A stretch of 64,000 nt of DNA from a virus (taxonomy: Duplodnaviria > Heunggongvirae > Uroviricota > Caudoviricetes). Of this stretch, positions 43,400 to 52,794 are shown one piece after another (within the stretch, counting starts at the first letter, position 1; each line of letters begins with the position of its first letter). The translations under genes and the position numbers were made by a program. The stretch lies in IMG/VR virus record IMGVR_UViG_2724679073_000003, one strand, 5' to 3'. The notes below the pieces were generated by a model. It had not been told where the DNA came from, did not search any database, and saw nothing but the letters and a program-made list of their open reading frames with translations.

Positions 43400-44003
43400 G
43401 ACTGTTTTTTGTGTCGGTAGCGGTCCGTCACTCACTCGTGAGGACTGTGCTGCTATAGAAAAAACTGGCTGTTCAATCATCGCGGTTAACAATTCCTGGC
43501 AGATGTTCGATGACATTTATGCCTTATACGCCGGTGATTTGTCATGGTGGAAGCAATACGGATCCACCATACCGGGAGGGAAATTCCGCAAAGTGACAGC
43601 CAACCTGGCGGCGGCGAAATCATTTTCGTTGGAGTACAGGCGATATTGTGGACCGGCGGAAGGGGTAAATAGCGGCGCGCAGGCTATCAGTCTGGCTGCT
43701 GAATCAGGGGCTGAAGTAGTTGTATTAGTCGGCTATGACTGTTCTCTGCAAAACGGCCTTCATTGGCATGGCGCGCACCCTCAAGCCCTACGGAATCCAA
43801 CGCAGGTGTCTATTTCAAAATGGCAACAGCAGTTCCTGGATACCCGCAAAAAACACGCAGATTTACATATTTTGAATGCAAGTAGGAGCAGTGCAATTCA
43901 ATGTTTCCCAAGAATAAATTTAGAGGCAGTGATCGCGTTATTATCGTCGGCAGTGGCCCAAGCGCCGCAAACTTTGTTGCGCCGCGCGGAGTGCCGATTA
44001 TAG
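43374..44003 (+). CDS. DUF115/MptE-like Rossmann protein (paralogue 1)
   Basis: VFCVGSGPSL...IIAVNN...SGAQAISLAAESGAEVVVLVGYD. Confidence 0.5.
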   Translation: MNIPPRATRTVFCVGSGPSLTREDCAAIEKTGCSIIAVNNSWQMFDDIYALYAGDLSWWKQYGSTIPGGKFRKVTANLAAAKSFSLEYRRYCGPAEGVNSGAQAISLAAESGAEVVVLVGYDCSLQNGLHWHGAHPQALRNPTQVSISKWQQQFLDTRKKHADLHILNASRSSAIQCFPRINLEAVIALLSSAVAQAPQTLLRRAECRL

Positions 44004-44527
44004 CGGTCAATGGGGCCATCGACTGGCTGAACCGCGCTTCTTATTTTTTCACACTTGATCCATCGCCAGACAATATGCGGCGCGTTGGTCGTGGCCGCCG
44101 TCGCCGTGGTGTTTGTTATTGCATGGCACTACCCGATGTTAAAGAACGTGAAGTCAGAGACGGCGTTCTGTGCTTCCGTCGTGTGGCTGAACGTGGCATG
44201 GAGCCAAAAAATATGAATTCTCCCGAGTGGTGGGCGTGGCGCTGGTCCGCACATTTCGGACTTTGCGAAGATGAGAATGAAATTGCCAGCGGCAATAGTG
44301 CATATGGCGCTCTGAACCTGGCTTTCCATATCGGATTCAAACATGTCGCCCTGGTGGGCGTTGACGCTACACAAGAACCACGCGTTCACTCCGGCGGCAC
44401 GCCAAAAAATCTAAGTCACCTGCCTTTGTTATTCCAGTCTGCGCGTGAACAGATTGACGTTGTTTCATGCGGGAAAATGGGAGGTATTCCGCAGATGACT
44501 CTTAAAGAATGGCTGAAGAATACATGA
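43901..44527 (+). CDS. DUF115/MptE-like Rossmann protein (paralogue 2)
   Basis: [10 protein letters not shown]...IIAVNG...[23 protein letters not shown]; about 100-nt overlap with paralogue 1. Confidence 0.5.
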   Translation: MFPKNKFRGSDRVIIVGSGPSAANFVAPRGVPIIAVNGAIDWLNRASYFFTLDPSPDNMRRVGRGRRRRGVCYCMALPDVKEREVRDGVLCFRRVAERGMEPKNMNSPEWWAWRWSAHFGLCEDENEIASGNSAYGALNLAFHIGFKHVALVGVDATQEPRVHSGGTPKNLSHLPLLFQSAREQIDVVSCGKMGGIPQMTLKEWLKNT

Positions 44528-45201
44528 TGGCACCCACAATTTATCACCGTATCGACGGTACCAAATACAGGAATGTCTGGGTTGTTGGTGATCTGCATGG
44601 TTGCTACACCAGACTGATGTCCGAACTCCATCGTGTGGATTTTGACCCGGCGCAGGATTTACTGATATCGGTCGGCGACCTTATCGATCGCGGTACTGAA
44701 AATGTCGAATGTCTGGAACTATTGCAGATGCCCTGGTTCAGGGCAGTGATGGGGAACCATGAGCGGCTGATGATTGATGCGTTAAGTCCAGATGGCAACG
44801 TGAATAACTGGCTAATGAATGGCGGACAATGGTTCTTCATGCTGGACACTGATCAGGAAATATTAGCCTGGGCGCTGGTGGAGCTGGTAAAGCGTCTGCC
44901 CTATATCATTGAGTTGAACACCGGGCAAGAAACTATCGTTATAGCCCATGCCGACTATCCGGATAATGAATACCAATTCGGTAAGGAGGTGCCGCTTTTC
45001 AACGTTGTCTGGGCGCGCGAGCGTATCAGTGATTCGATGGATGATATTGGTGGCGAAATTTCGGGCGCAGATCGTTTTATCTTTGGTCACACTCCGGTGA
45101 AAAGCCCGAAGACATTCTGGAATCAGCAGTATATCGACACTGGTGCCGTATTTTGCGGAAACCTGACATTGATGAAAGTGAAAGGTGATGGTGCAGCATG
45201 A
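44524..45201 (+). CDS. ppp: Ser/Thr protein phosphatase (lambda PPase-like metallophosphatase)
   Basis: [15 protein letters not shown] and GNHE motifs. Confidence 0.85.
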   Translation: MMAPTIYHRIDGTKYRNVWVVGDLHGCYTRLMSELHRVDFDPAQDLLISVGDLIDRGTENVECLELLQMPWFRAVMGNHERLMIDALSPDGNVNNWLMNGGQWFFMLDTDQEILAWALVELVKRLPYIIELNTGQETIVIAHADYPDNEYQFGKEVPLFNVVWARERISDSMDDIGGEISGADRFIFGHTPVKSPKTFWNQQYIDTGAVFCGNLTLMKVKGDGAA

Positions 45202-45899
45202 AGATTGCTTTAGTTTTTCGCTCTGGTGGTGACTATAACGCTTCCGATGTGCAGTGGCTGGTTAATCAACTGCCAAAAGGCTATGAAATTATTTGCCTGA
45301 CAGACCTGAAGCGTTTACATGTACCTGGCGTCAAAGTTGTCCCATTGATCAACCAGTGGCAAAAGTGCCGTGGCTGGTGGGCGAAAATCGAGTTGTTCCG
45401 ACCGGATATAACAGATGATCTGTTCTATCTGGATTTGGACACAGTTATTGCCGGTGATATACGCCCAATCCTTGAGAATCCACCAACCAGCTTCACCATG
45501 CTTAGGGATTTTTACCATCCACAATATCGTGGTAGCGGTGCCCTGTGGATACCAAATAGTGTAAAAGCGCATATCTGGAGTTCATTCTGGCAAGATCCGG
45601 AAGGTTGGATTTCTCGTTGTGTCACTACTGAGTGCTGGGGTGATCAGGGGTTCTTACGGAAGGTTATGGGCGATGATACACCAGCATTTCAGGATCTGTA
45701 TCCAGGATGGTTTGTAAGTTACAAGGCCGATGTTGTGGAACCTGGTTCAAAATATGCGAGCGCGCGTTACTCCAGGGGGAATGGGGCATTACCAAAGGAC
45801 TGCCGAATAATCTTTTTCCACGGCAAACCGCGACCTCGCGAAGTGTCAGAGGATTGGCTTCCCCTTATTAGCTCGTTTTTTGAGCGAGAATCAGAATAA
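45198..45899 (+). CDS. Putative GT-A type glycosyltransferase (DxD motif)
   Basis: 233 aa; [13 protein letters not shown] resembles the GT8-type DxD motif; start overlaps ppp stop. Confidence 0.45.
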   Translation: MKIALVFRSGGDYNASDVQWLVNQLPKGYEIICLTDLKRLHVPGVKVVPLINQWQKCRGWWAKIELFRPDITDDLFYLDLDTVIAGDIRPILENPPTSFTMLRDFYHPQYRGSGALWIPNSVKAHIWSSFWQDPEGWISRCVTTECWGDQGFLRKVMGDDTPAFQDLYPGWFVSYKADVVEPGSKYASARYSRGNGALPKDCRIIFFHGKPRPREVSEDWLPLISSFFERESE

Positions 45900-45900
45900 T

Positions 45901-45968
45901 ATTGCTCTAATAATTCCATATTTTTAAAACGTGATGTACACTCATCACGTTTTTTATTAGAGCAATCT
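45901..45968. promoter_or_regulatory. Inverted pair of C1-operator-like sites flanking a hairpin
   Basis: ATTGCTCTAATAATTCC (plus) and rc GATTGCTCTAATAAAAA around ACGTGATG-TACACTC-ATCACGT. Confidence 0.5.
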
Positions 45969-45980
45969 ACAAGGTGCACT

Positions 45981-46199
45981 ATGTGGCCATTCCGACGGAA
46001 ATATCACTACTGGCTGATCGCCTTTGTTACGCCGACCGGCGGTATCAGGCATGTCATCACCAGGTATCGCAACAAGAGACTCACCTTAGCCAGAATTTTA
46101 CAGGCTGCCATAGGTGAGGGACTGGATACAAATTGCGTAGTCCTTCCTCCTTCATACTTAGGAAAAATGACCGAAGCACAAGCTAATACGGAACTTTGA
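45981..46199 (+). CDS. Small hypothetical ORF (72 aa)
   Basis: AAGGTG RBS; lies between the operator pair and the next gene. Confidence 0.3.
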   Translation: MWPFRRKYHYWLIAFVTPTGGIRHVITRYRNKRLTLARILQAAIGEGLDTNCVVLPPSYLGKMTEAQANTEL

Positions 46200-46200
46200 A

Positions 46201-47463
46201 ATGAGCACTTCAGCACAAAACCAATCAATCGAAAATGTATCTATCCCTGATGTCCTGAATGCCGGTATCCCGGCCATTATCCAGAACATCCGGGCCGCGC
46301 AACGCCGCGTTAGTTGTGATGACCTCACAGCACGTTTTTTTGATAATGCGGTTCAGTCAGCGGAGATGCTTCACGCACAGCTTATTGATGTTTATAACGC
46401 AGAAGCTGATAGCCATAACTCCCTGGTAGATGCAGCTGAAAATATGCAGTTGGATCTCGGTCTGAAGGGTAAAGAAATTGAAGAGCTTCAGCTGCAAATT
46501 GAACATTTGAAACGCCAGCAACAGGACGCGATCGACGATGCGACGCATGACGCCAACCAGCGTGCTGATAATGCCGAACGTATAAGCATTGAGCTGGAAA
46601 CAAAACTCAATGAAATGACCGCGATGGTTGAACTGCGGAACTCACAGATTTCAACGCTAAAATCTCAATATAAAGAGATCATGAAACTTGATCCTTTTAA
46701 CCTTGAGAAACGCTATAACAAAGCTAAAAGCGAGCGACAGGAACTGCGTAAGCAGGTCGCCGACCTTAACCAACAGCTCAAAAAAACTATTAAAGATGCA
46801 AGCGAAGCGCGCGTGGCATTTGCTAATAAAAAAGCAGAGGTTACCGCGCTGGTTAATGAGAATGCCAAATTTGCGACGCTCAAGAAGGAAATGTATGGCA
46901 TTACTGAGCGCCGTTTCCCTGCAAGCAAACTTCATCCGACGTTAGGGCAAATCTCCTTCTTCCCGCGCCTCCTGGCTTATGGGATCTCATCGCCTAAAGA
47001 GTTCAATAACGAGCGTCCTTATATCGTTTCTAAGCTGGACTTTGCTTATCAGTTCTGCTGCGACATGGGCTATGCCATTGATATCCGGATCAACGAATGG
47101 TTGATGCCAAACTTCCAGCCGTTGGCCATTTTCCGCGAGTTCCAGCCGGAAGGTTGGGTAGAGTTCTTCCATGAATTGATCTGTAAAGAGATGGAAAGCC
47201 GCCGCCCGGAACTGGTCCGTCGAGTTGAGTGGGCGCAAGAGGTTATGTTGGCAGAGGCAGAGCTGCCGTTCGAACCGGAATTTATTGATGATCTGGCAGC
47301 TAAAGGGCTGCATACCCTGTTTGATGTGGTTACCCGCCGTCATGAGCAGTTGGTTGTCGAATTGGGTTTAGAGGAAACAGCGGCAAGAAGACTTCTCGAT
47401 GTTTGCTATGCACGTAGCGATGCATGGGAAAAAGAGAACGGCGGCACTATTTACGTTCGCTGA
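46201..47463 (+). CDS. Coiled-coil protein
   Basis: 420 aa, long heptad-rich centre. Confidence 0.5.
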   Translation: MSTSAQNQSIENVSIPDVLNAGIPAIIQNIRAAQRRVSCDDLTARFFDNAVQSAEMLHAQLIDVYNAEADSHNSLVDAAENMQLDLGLKGKEIEELQLQIEHLKRQQQDAIDDATHDANQRADNAERISIELETKLNEMTAMVELRNSQISTLKSQYKEIMKLDPFNLEKRYNKAKSERQELRKQVADLNQQLKKTIKDASEARVAFANKKAEVTALVNENAKFATLKKEMYGITERRFPASKLHPTLGQISFFPRLLAYGISSPKEFNNERPYIVSKLDFAYQFCCDMGYAIDIRINEWLMPNFQPLAIFREFQPEGWVEFFHELICKEMESRRPELVRRVEWAQEVMLAEAELPFEPEFIDDLAAKGLHTLFDVVTRRHEQLVVELGLEETAARRLLDVCYARSDAWEKENGGTIYVR

Positions 47464-47485
47464 CAGTTACAGTGTCACTTTTAAT

Positions 47486-47517
47486 GCTGGTGGAGTGCGC
47501 CCACCAGCATTTTTTTC
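47486..47517 (+). terminator. Rho-independent terminator
   Basis: GCTGGTGG-AGTGCG-CCCACCAGC then TTTTTTT. Confidence 0.75.
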
Positions 47518-47535
47518 GTCCAATGAGGAGGGCAT

Positions 47536-48042
47536 TTGAGTATTTTCAATAAACACGCACACCAGGAACGTCCGTATATCGTCATAGTTGATATTGATGG
47601 AACAATATCAGAGGCAACTGAAGACAGACTGCATTTGCTTCCGCCACCAGGTAAAGGTGCATTAACAAAGGACTGGAACGAGTTTAATCTCGCCTGTGAC
47701 ACTGATACTCCCATAACTCCAGTTATTGATATTGTGCGCCAGTTATTTAACGTTTACACGGTCTGGTTTGTAACCGGGCGCTGTGAGATCGCAAGGGATA
47801 AAACACGAGCCTGGCTGCGGAAGTACGTAACAAACGGGGCTGAGCCTTTGCTATCTATGCGTCCTGCCACCGATGACAGAAATGACGGCCCAGCAAAGAT
47901 TGATCTCCTTAAGAAAATTGGTCTAAGTAAAATCGCGTTCGCGCTGGAAGATAAGATTGAAGTGGCGCGTGTTTTCAGGAGGCACGGCGTGCTTACGTTA
48001 ATGGTCAGGGAGTATGAAAACGCGCTTCTCCATCAACAATAA
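47536..48042 (+). CDS. HAD-superfamily phosphatase-like protein
   Basis: 168 aa; IVIVDIDGTISEA (DxDGT motif I). Confidence 0.65.
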   Translation: MSIFNKHAHQERPYIVIVDIDGTISEATEDRLHLLPPPGKGALTKDWNEFNLACDTDTPITPVIDIVRQLFNVYTVWFVTGRCEIARDKTRAWLRKYVTNGAEPLLSMRPATDDRNDGPAKIDLLKKIGLSKIAFALEDKIEVARVFRRHGVLTLMVREYENALLHQQ

Positions 48043-48059
48043 TTGCTCTAATAAATATT
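48042..48059 (+). promoter_or_regulatory. C1-operator-like site overlapping the preceding stop codon
   Basis: ATTGCTCTAATAAATATT. Confidence 0.65.
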
Positions 48060-48139
48060 GATTTTTAAAACAGAGAAAGTGAAAATAAAAACATGCCGCA
48101 AGGCGCGGCATGTATCCAATCAATCACAGGAGCTGAAAA

Positions 48140-48226
48140 TATGAACACGGCATTCAAAATCATTATGGCCGCGATCTATTTCTGGCTGTTCTCTATCACT
48201 TTTGGCGGCATCGTCGCACATGGGTA
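48140..48226 (+). CDS. Small hydrophobic peptide (28 aa)
   Basis: AGGAG RBS then MNTAFKIIMAAIYFWLFSITFGGIVAHG. Confidence 0.35.
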
Positions 48227-48236
48227 AGGGGGATGC

Positions 48237-48818
48237 ATGAAAGGCGAAGTGAAAGAGCGCGGCATGATTTTTAACGATGAGATGGTCCGGGCAATTCTTG
48301 GCGGGAATAAAACACAGACTCGCAGGATTGTTGAAGAAAAATTCTATGGACGGGCAGTGGCCGCAGAGTTGCTTGCCAAGCATTGTCCATATGGTCAACC
48401 TGGCGATCGTATTTGGGTTCGCGAAACCTACCGGGTACATGGCAAAGCGACGGACGTCGCAACGCTGGTTTATCGCGCAAGCGTGCGTAACTCCTGGACA
48501 GAACAAACGCACCGGGTTCCGGTCGAGGTTTGTAATAAACCAGTATCAGAAAAGTGGACGCCATCAATTCACATGCCGCGCTGGGCATCGCGCATTCTTC
48601 TGGAAATTACCAACGTGCGCGTTGAGCGGTTGAACGATATCAGCGAATGCGATGCAAGGGCTGAGGGCGCACCAACAGAATCGACCCTCATTGGCGATAA
48701 GCATTACCCAGGTTTCCGTAGCCTATGGAAATCAATTTATGGCGAAGATAGTTGGAACGCTAATCCCTGGGTGTGGGTAATCGAGTTTGAGCGTATTCAG
48801 GGGGCAACCAGTGAGTAA
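48237..48818 (+). CDS. ASCH-like domain protein
   Basis: GGGGG RBS; FNDEMVRAILGGNKTQTRR...GDRIWVRETY. Confidence 0.45.
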   Translation: MKGEVKERGMIFNDEMVRAILGGNKTQTRRIVEEKFYGRAVAAELLAKHCPYGQPGDRIWVRETYRVHGKATDVATLVYRASVRNSWTEQTHRVPVEVCNKPVSEKWTPSIHMPRWASRILLEITNVRVERLNDISECDARAEGAPTESTLIGDKHYPGFRSLWKSIYGEDSWNANPWVWVIEFERIQGATSE

Positions 48819-49455
48819 CCGTTTTTACATGATGTGCTTGCGTGAAACTGTGGGTAATAACGCCTCATTCCATTGCCATAACGGCAATGGTTACAGTTCT
48901 GATATCGATCGCGCTCATATTTACACGCTGGAAGAAGCCCAAAAAGCCTGGAATTGTGGGCGAGATATCGATCAGCCTGTTTGTGCCGATAGTGTGGATG
49001 CAATGGCTGTGTGGCACGTTGATTGCCAGTACATCCCTACAGAAAGCCTGATTGAGTCAGATTGCACTGAGTATGTGGCCTACAAAAAAGGTAGCTGGAA
49101 CGGCAACGATGTTTACTGGCTTCAACACGGTGGATTGCCAACAGATGACTTCAGTAAAGCGACCATCTTTAGCGTCGTCAACAAAAACGAACCAGGAATA
49201 GTTTGGTTGCCATTTTCCATTGCTGATGCAGCAAAGCGCCGGACGTTCAATATCAATAACTTTAACCGCAGAACAATGGTTCAGGGCGCAGGGTTGGTCA
49301 TGCCTGACTGGTTGAAAGAGCAGAACAGAAGAAAGAAGTCGCGAAGCGGGAAGGTGCGTTGGAATTGTCCGCATTGCGGAAAAATAACCTGGCAGTACAG
49401 CCCATATGATTTTGAAGGCTGTAGTGATTACAACTGTGAAGGATGGCGAGAATGA
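48811..49455 (+). CDS. Hypothetical protein with C-terminal zinc ribbon
   Basis: GTG start overlapping upstream stop; CPHCG...CSDYNCEGW. Confidence 0.45.
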   Translation: MSNRFYMMCLRETVGNNASFHCHNGNGYSSDIDRAHIYTLEEAQKAWNCGRDIDQPVCADSVDAMAVWHVDCQYIPTESLIESDCTEYVAYKKGSWNGNDVYWLQHGGLPTDDFSKATIFSVVNKNEPGIVWLPFSIADAAKRRTFNINNFNRRTMVQGAGLVMPDWLKEQNRRKKSRSGKVRWNCPHCGKITWQYSPYDFEGCSDYNCEGWRE

Positions 49456-50318
49456 CAATTGACTATCAGGTACTGCGTGAGGCGGCAGAAAAGGCAACAC
49501 CAGACGAATGGGTCGCATTTATTTCGACGGATACTGGTACTTATGCGGTGCACACGCCCGGTGATGAACGATGTGAAGACGTTATCAAATGGACCGGCTT
49601 TGATGGACAGAAAAATGCAGAGAACAACGCTCGTTATGTTGCCGCGTTCAACCCAAAGGTTGCACTGGAGCTGCTTGGTGAAATTAAGCGCCTGGAGGAC
49701 ACAAATATTGATGCTATGTGTCGAATTGCAGAGCTAGAGACTAATCTCGCGGCGCTGGCAGCGGAGAATGCGGCGCTGAAGGCCGGGGCTATGTATTTCT
49801 CATATGGCTCTGAATTTAGTTTCGAGTGTCACAAAACTGCTGAGGAGGCTATCGCTGCTGCTGAGGCTGCAATTGACGACTATAGAGGCGATGCTTGCGA
49901 TGGATGGAGCGAAGAGGTCGAAAGCATTTGCTGGGGGGTAATTATTCAGCAGGCAACCAAGGTCGGTGAACGCAAGAAGAGGAAATGCGACAGAGTATCA
50001 CCATGGATTGAAAGAGTTTGTGATTATGAGCTTCGACCTAATGTCGAAACCCCAGCCACCGATGCTTTCCTGTCTGAAATTCGTGCGGAAGCACGCAACG
50101 AGGGGATTAACTATACCGCCAGCCGTCTTGCTGCTGCGTTCAATCACGGATTTATCAATAAGTCTTTGCGTGAAGTTTTCGACGTTACACGCATGATTTT
50201 GTCAGCGAAAGAAGAGTTGGCTAATGAAGCGCATCCGATTGATGGCCTGTCTGGTGAATATGCGGAGAAATCCCTTGAAGAATGGGCGGAACAAATTCGC
50301 AAAGGAAGCAGCCAGTGA
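49443..50318 (+). CDS. Ead/Ea22-like protein (paralogue 1)
   Basis: 291 aa; coiled coil IAELE...AALKAG and PATDAFLSEIRAEA block shared with 50602-51336. Confidence 0.55.
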   Translation: MARMTIDYQVLREAAEKATPDEWVAFISTDTGTYAVHTPGDERCEDVIKWTGFDGQKNAENNARYVAAFNPKVALELLGEIKRLEDTNIDAMCRIAELETNLAALAAENAALKAGAMYFSYGSEFSFECHKTAEEAIAAAEAAIDDYRGDACDGWSEEVESICWGVIIQQATKVGERKKRKCDRVSPWIERVCDYELRPNVETPATDAFLSEIRAEARNEGINYTASRLAAAFNHGFINKSLREVFDVTRMILSAKEELANEAHPIDGLSGEYAEKSLEEWAEQIRKGSSQ

Positions 50319-50605
50319 ATATCGACACGACAATAACGATCGATACGCTCCTAAATACCGGTCTGGCACTTCTCGGTTGGCTTTACATCATGTCCCGCAC
50401 ATGGCGATGGCTGGGTTCCATTTTCCTAAAACAGTGGAAAAAACGGCGCAAACAGGAACTACGCCAGAAGGCATTAGAAGCGTTCTATGACGCATTTGAG
50501 CTTAGCCGCATTGAACCAGGTACAACAGCCAGGATAGCGACAAAAGGCGACCTGATGATAGTGATGTTCCGACAGGAGAGAGCAGAGAAAGGGGAATCAG
50601 CATGA
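50315..50605 (+). CDS. Small membrane protein
   Basis: GTG start with AGGAAG RBS; TM helix LLNTGLALLGWLYIM. Confidence 0.4.
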   Translation: MNIDTTITIDTLLNTGLALLGWLYIMSRTWRWLGSIFLKQWKKRRKQELRQKALEAFYDAFELSRIEPGTTARIATKGDLMIVMFRQERAEKGESA

Positions 50606-51336
50606 AATTTTCCAAATTTTCTGAGTTGGTGAATCGTATTTTGTCCAACAACCACAGCCATCGTCGCGATATGGATGTAACAATCGTTGTTCATTCGCCT
50701 GGCAGCATTGGTTCAACACCTTCAGTTGAGGTTCAGTCAATTCACGCTGGTTTTGATTGGGATTCCGGGAAAGTGCTTATTTTCCCATCACAGCCACTGA
50801 CCACGCTAACACCAGAACAGATTACTGATATCACTGATAGTGTGCGCAAAGGTCAGTCTTGGCACGCATATCAGGAATACAAGAAGCATCAAGAGCAGTT
50901 GGAAAAATTGTCGATTGAACTGGATGCCGCAAAACAGCGCATTGCAGAGCTGGAGGGTAATCGCACGGCGCTGGCAGTCGAGAATGAGCTGGCTCGTAAG
51001 GCAGTTCAGGCATTCTGCGATGTTGTTGGCGACAACACCGAGGTTATCGCTGAGGTGGTTGGGCGAGATGGCGTTCTGGTTATTTTGGAGGCCATGAAGG
51101 CAACAGGAAATATGCCAGCCACCGATGCTTTCCTGGCTGAAGTGCGGGCGCAGGGCGTGGATGCTGCTATAGAAGCTGCAAAAAATCTGGTGGCCCAAGA
51201 ATATGAGTATAAGGATTTCAAAGCGGCGCAGAGTGATTGCTGTATGCACCCTGGTTCAGACCTGGTAGGGAAGGTTGAAATGACTGAGTGGTTAGTTGAC
51301 TTTGCTGCCCAGCTTCGCAAAGGAGGCAACCAGTGA
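50602..51336 (+). CDS. Ead/Ea22-like protein (paralogue 2)
   Basis: 244 aa; IAELEGNRTALAVENELA and PATDAFLAEVRAQG. Confidence 0.55.
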   Translation: MKFSKFSELVNRILSNNHSHRRDMDVTIVVHSPGSIGSTPSVEVQSIHAGFDWDSGKVLIFPSQPLTTLTPEQITDITDSVRKGQSWHAYQEYKKHQEQLEKLSIELDAAKQRIAELEGNRTALAVENELARKAVQAFCDVVGDNTEVIAEVVGRDGVLVILEAMKATGNMPATDAFLAEVRAQGVDAAIEAAKNLVAQEYEYKDFKAAQSDCCMHPGSDLVGKVEMTEWLVDFAAQLRKGGNQ

Positions 51337-51977
51337 GCAAGATTGATTATCAAAAGCTTCGTGAAATCGCTGAAAAAACAAAAATTGCTGGTGAAGCACC
51401 TGTAATGCCCTTCGATCAGCGAATTAATGCGCTTAACGATTTTATGAAGCACTTTTCGCCAGATATCGCGCTGGCACTGCTGGATGAACTGGAAAGAAAC
51501 CAGCAATACATCAAATCACGCGACCAGGAGAACGAGGAAATTGCGCTAACGGTAGGGAAGCTGCGTGTTGAGCTGGAAGGCAAAGACAGCAAAATAGCCA
51601 ATCTTACCGCCGAACGCGATGCTCTTCGTGAAGGTGAGATGGGCGACGCTAGGCATAGCAACACACGGGCCGCAGCTGATATCTACTTCCAACTGGTCGA
51701 GGAGTGCGAAATTCCTGCTGGCGGATCTCTGGTCGAGTACGTTGACGATATGCGCGAGAAGCTGGAAGCCGCAGAGAAGCGCATTGCAGAGTTAGAAAGT
51801 GGTTCTCAGGCACAAAAGTTAGTTGAAGCAATCATTGTTGCGATAGAAAACGAACAGGAAAGGCTTTTTGATGAAGATTACCTAATGGATTCGAAAGAAT
51901 GCATTGACGTAATTCGTGAAGAAGTAAAGCGATGGAATGATTCCCGTGCCGCTGGCATTCGCATCAAAGGAGAGTGA
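51333..51977 (+). CDS. Ead/Ea22-like protein (paralogue 3)
   Basis: 214 aa; MSKIDYQKLREIAEK resembles MTIDYQVLREAAEK of paralogue 1; coiled coil IAELESG. Confidence 0.5.
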   Translation: MSKIDYQKLREIAEKTKIAGEAPVMPFDQRINALNDFMKHFSPDIALALLDELERNQQYIKSRDQENEEIALTVGKLRVELEGKDSKIANLTAERDALREGEMGDARHSNTRAAADIYFQLVEECEIPAGGSLVEYVDDMREKLEAAEKRIAELESGSQAQKLVEAIIVAIENEQERLFDEDYLMDSKECIDVIREEVKRWNDSRAAGIRIKGE

Positions 51978-51978
51978 T

Positions 51979-52242
51979 ATGGCAACTTTAACAAAAAAAG
52001 AACGGGCATGGTTGAACGAATTACAGGACGTTCTTGATCGCTGCCCATCACCGAAAAAAATTGGTTTTTACACCATTGGCGATAAAAGCATTTACCTGTA
52101 TGACCTGCGCCGCATGGATGAAATCATGGAGGCTCTTGATAATCGTTCGTCGATGGATTGGTGTGTTGCTGTCCATGATATGAATGCCGGATTTGATGAA
52201 AAGATTTTATTCCCTTCATCAGTTGAAAGCACAGCAGGATAA
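51979..52242 (+). CDS. Hypothetical protein
   Basis: 87 aa from ATG with AAAGGAGAG RBS. Confidence 0.4.
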   Translation: MATLTKKERAWLNELQDVLDRCPSPKKIGFYTIGDKSIYLYDLRRMDEIMEALDNRSSMDWCVAVHDMNAGFDEKILFPSSVESTAG

Positions 52243-52278
52243 GGACTAACACATGACAACATGGGAAAGGAAAGTGAT

Positions 52279-52794
52279 ATGGCGTTAACACACCACGAAC
52301 TCTGTCAGATTGCGTACAAGTTCCTTAAGCGCAACGGGTTCAAGGTTTGCTTTCATGACCGCTTTGTTGCTGTAACCAGTACCGGAGAACAGCCAGATGC
52401 TATGGGATTCAGAAATTCAGCATCATGCCTGATAGAGGCGAAGTGTTCTCGTGCTGACTTGTTGGCAGATAGAAAAAAGCGTTTCCGTAAAAATCCCTCA
52501 CTTGGCATGGGCGACTGGCGATTCTTTATTAGTGAGCCGGAAATTATTTCAGTTGAGGATTTACCTCCCGGCTGGGGATTACTTCACGTTGTTAACGGAA
52601 GAGTACGGAAAGTACATGGATGGCCCAGGGGTAATTGCTGTTGGGGTAATCCTGACGATAAGCCATTTACTGGGAATAAGCAGGTTGAATGCGATTACAT
52701 GTTATCTGCATTAAGGCGCATGGAGCTAAGAGGACACCTTAATGAAATATATGACGGTGTAATTGTTAATAAGAAAGAAGGAAACGCGGCATGA
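52279..52794 (+). CDS. Putative PD-(D/E)xK nuclease-fold protein
   Basis: 171 aa; PDAMGF ... CLIEAK motif spacing; AAGGAAAG RBS. Confidence 0.4.
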   Translation: MALTHHELCQIAYKFLKRNGFKVCFHDRFVAVTSTGEQPDAMGFRNSASCLIEAKCSRADLLADRKKRFRKNPSLGMGDWRFFISEPEIISVEDLPPGWGLLHVVNGRVRKVHGWPRGNCCWGNPDDKPFTGNKQVECDYMLSALRRMELRGHLNEIYDGVIVNKKEGNAA

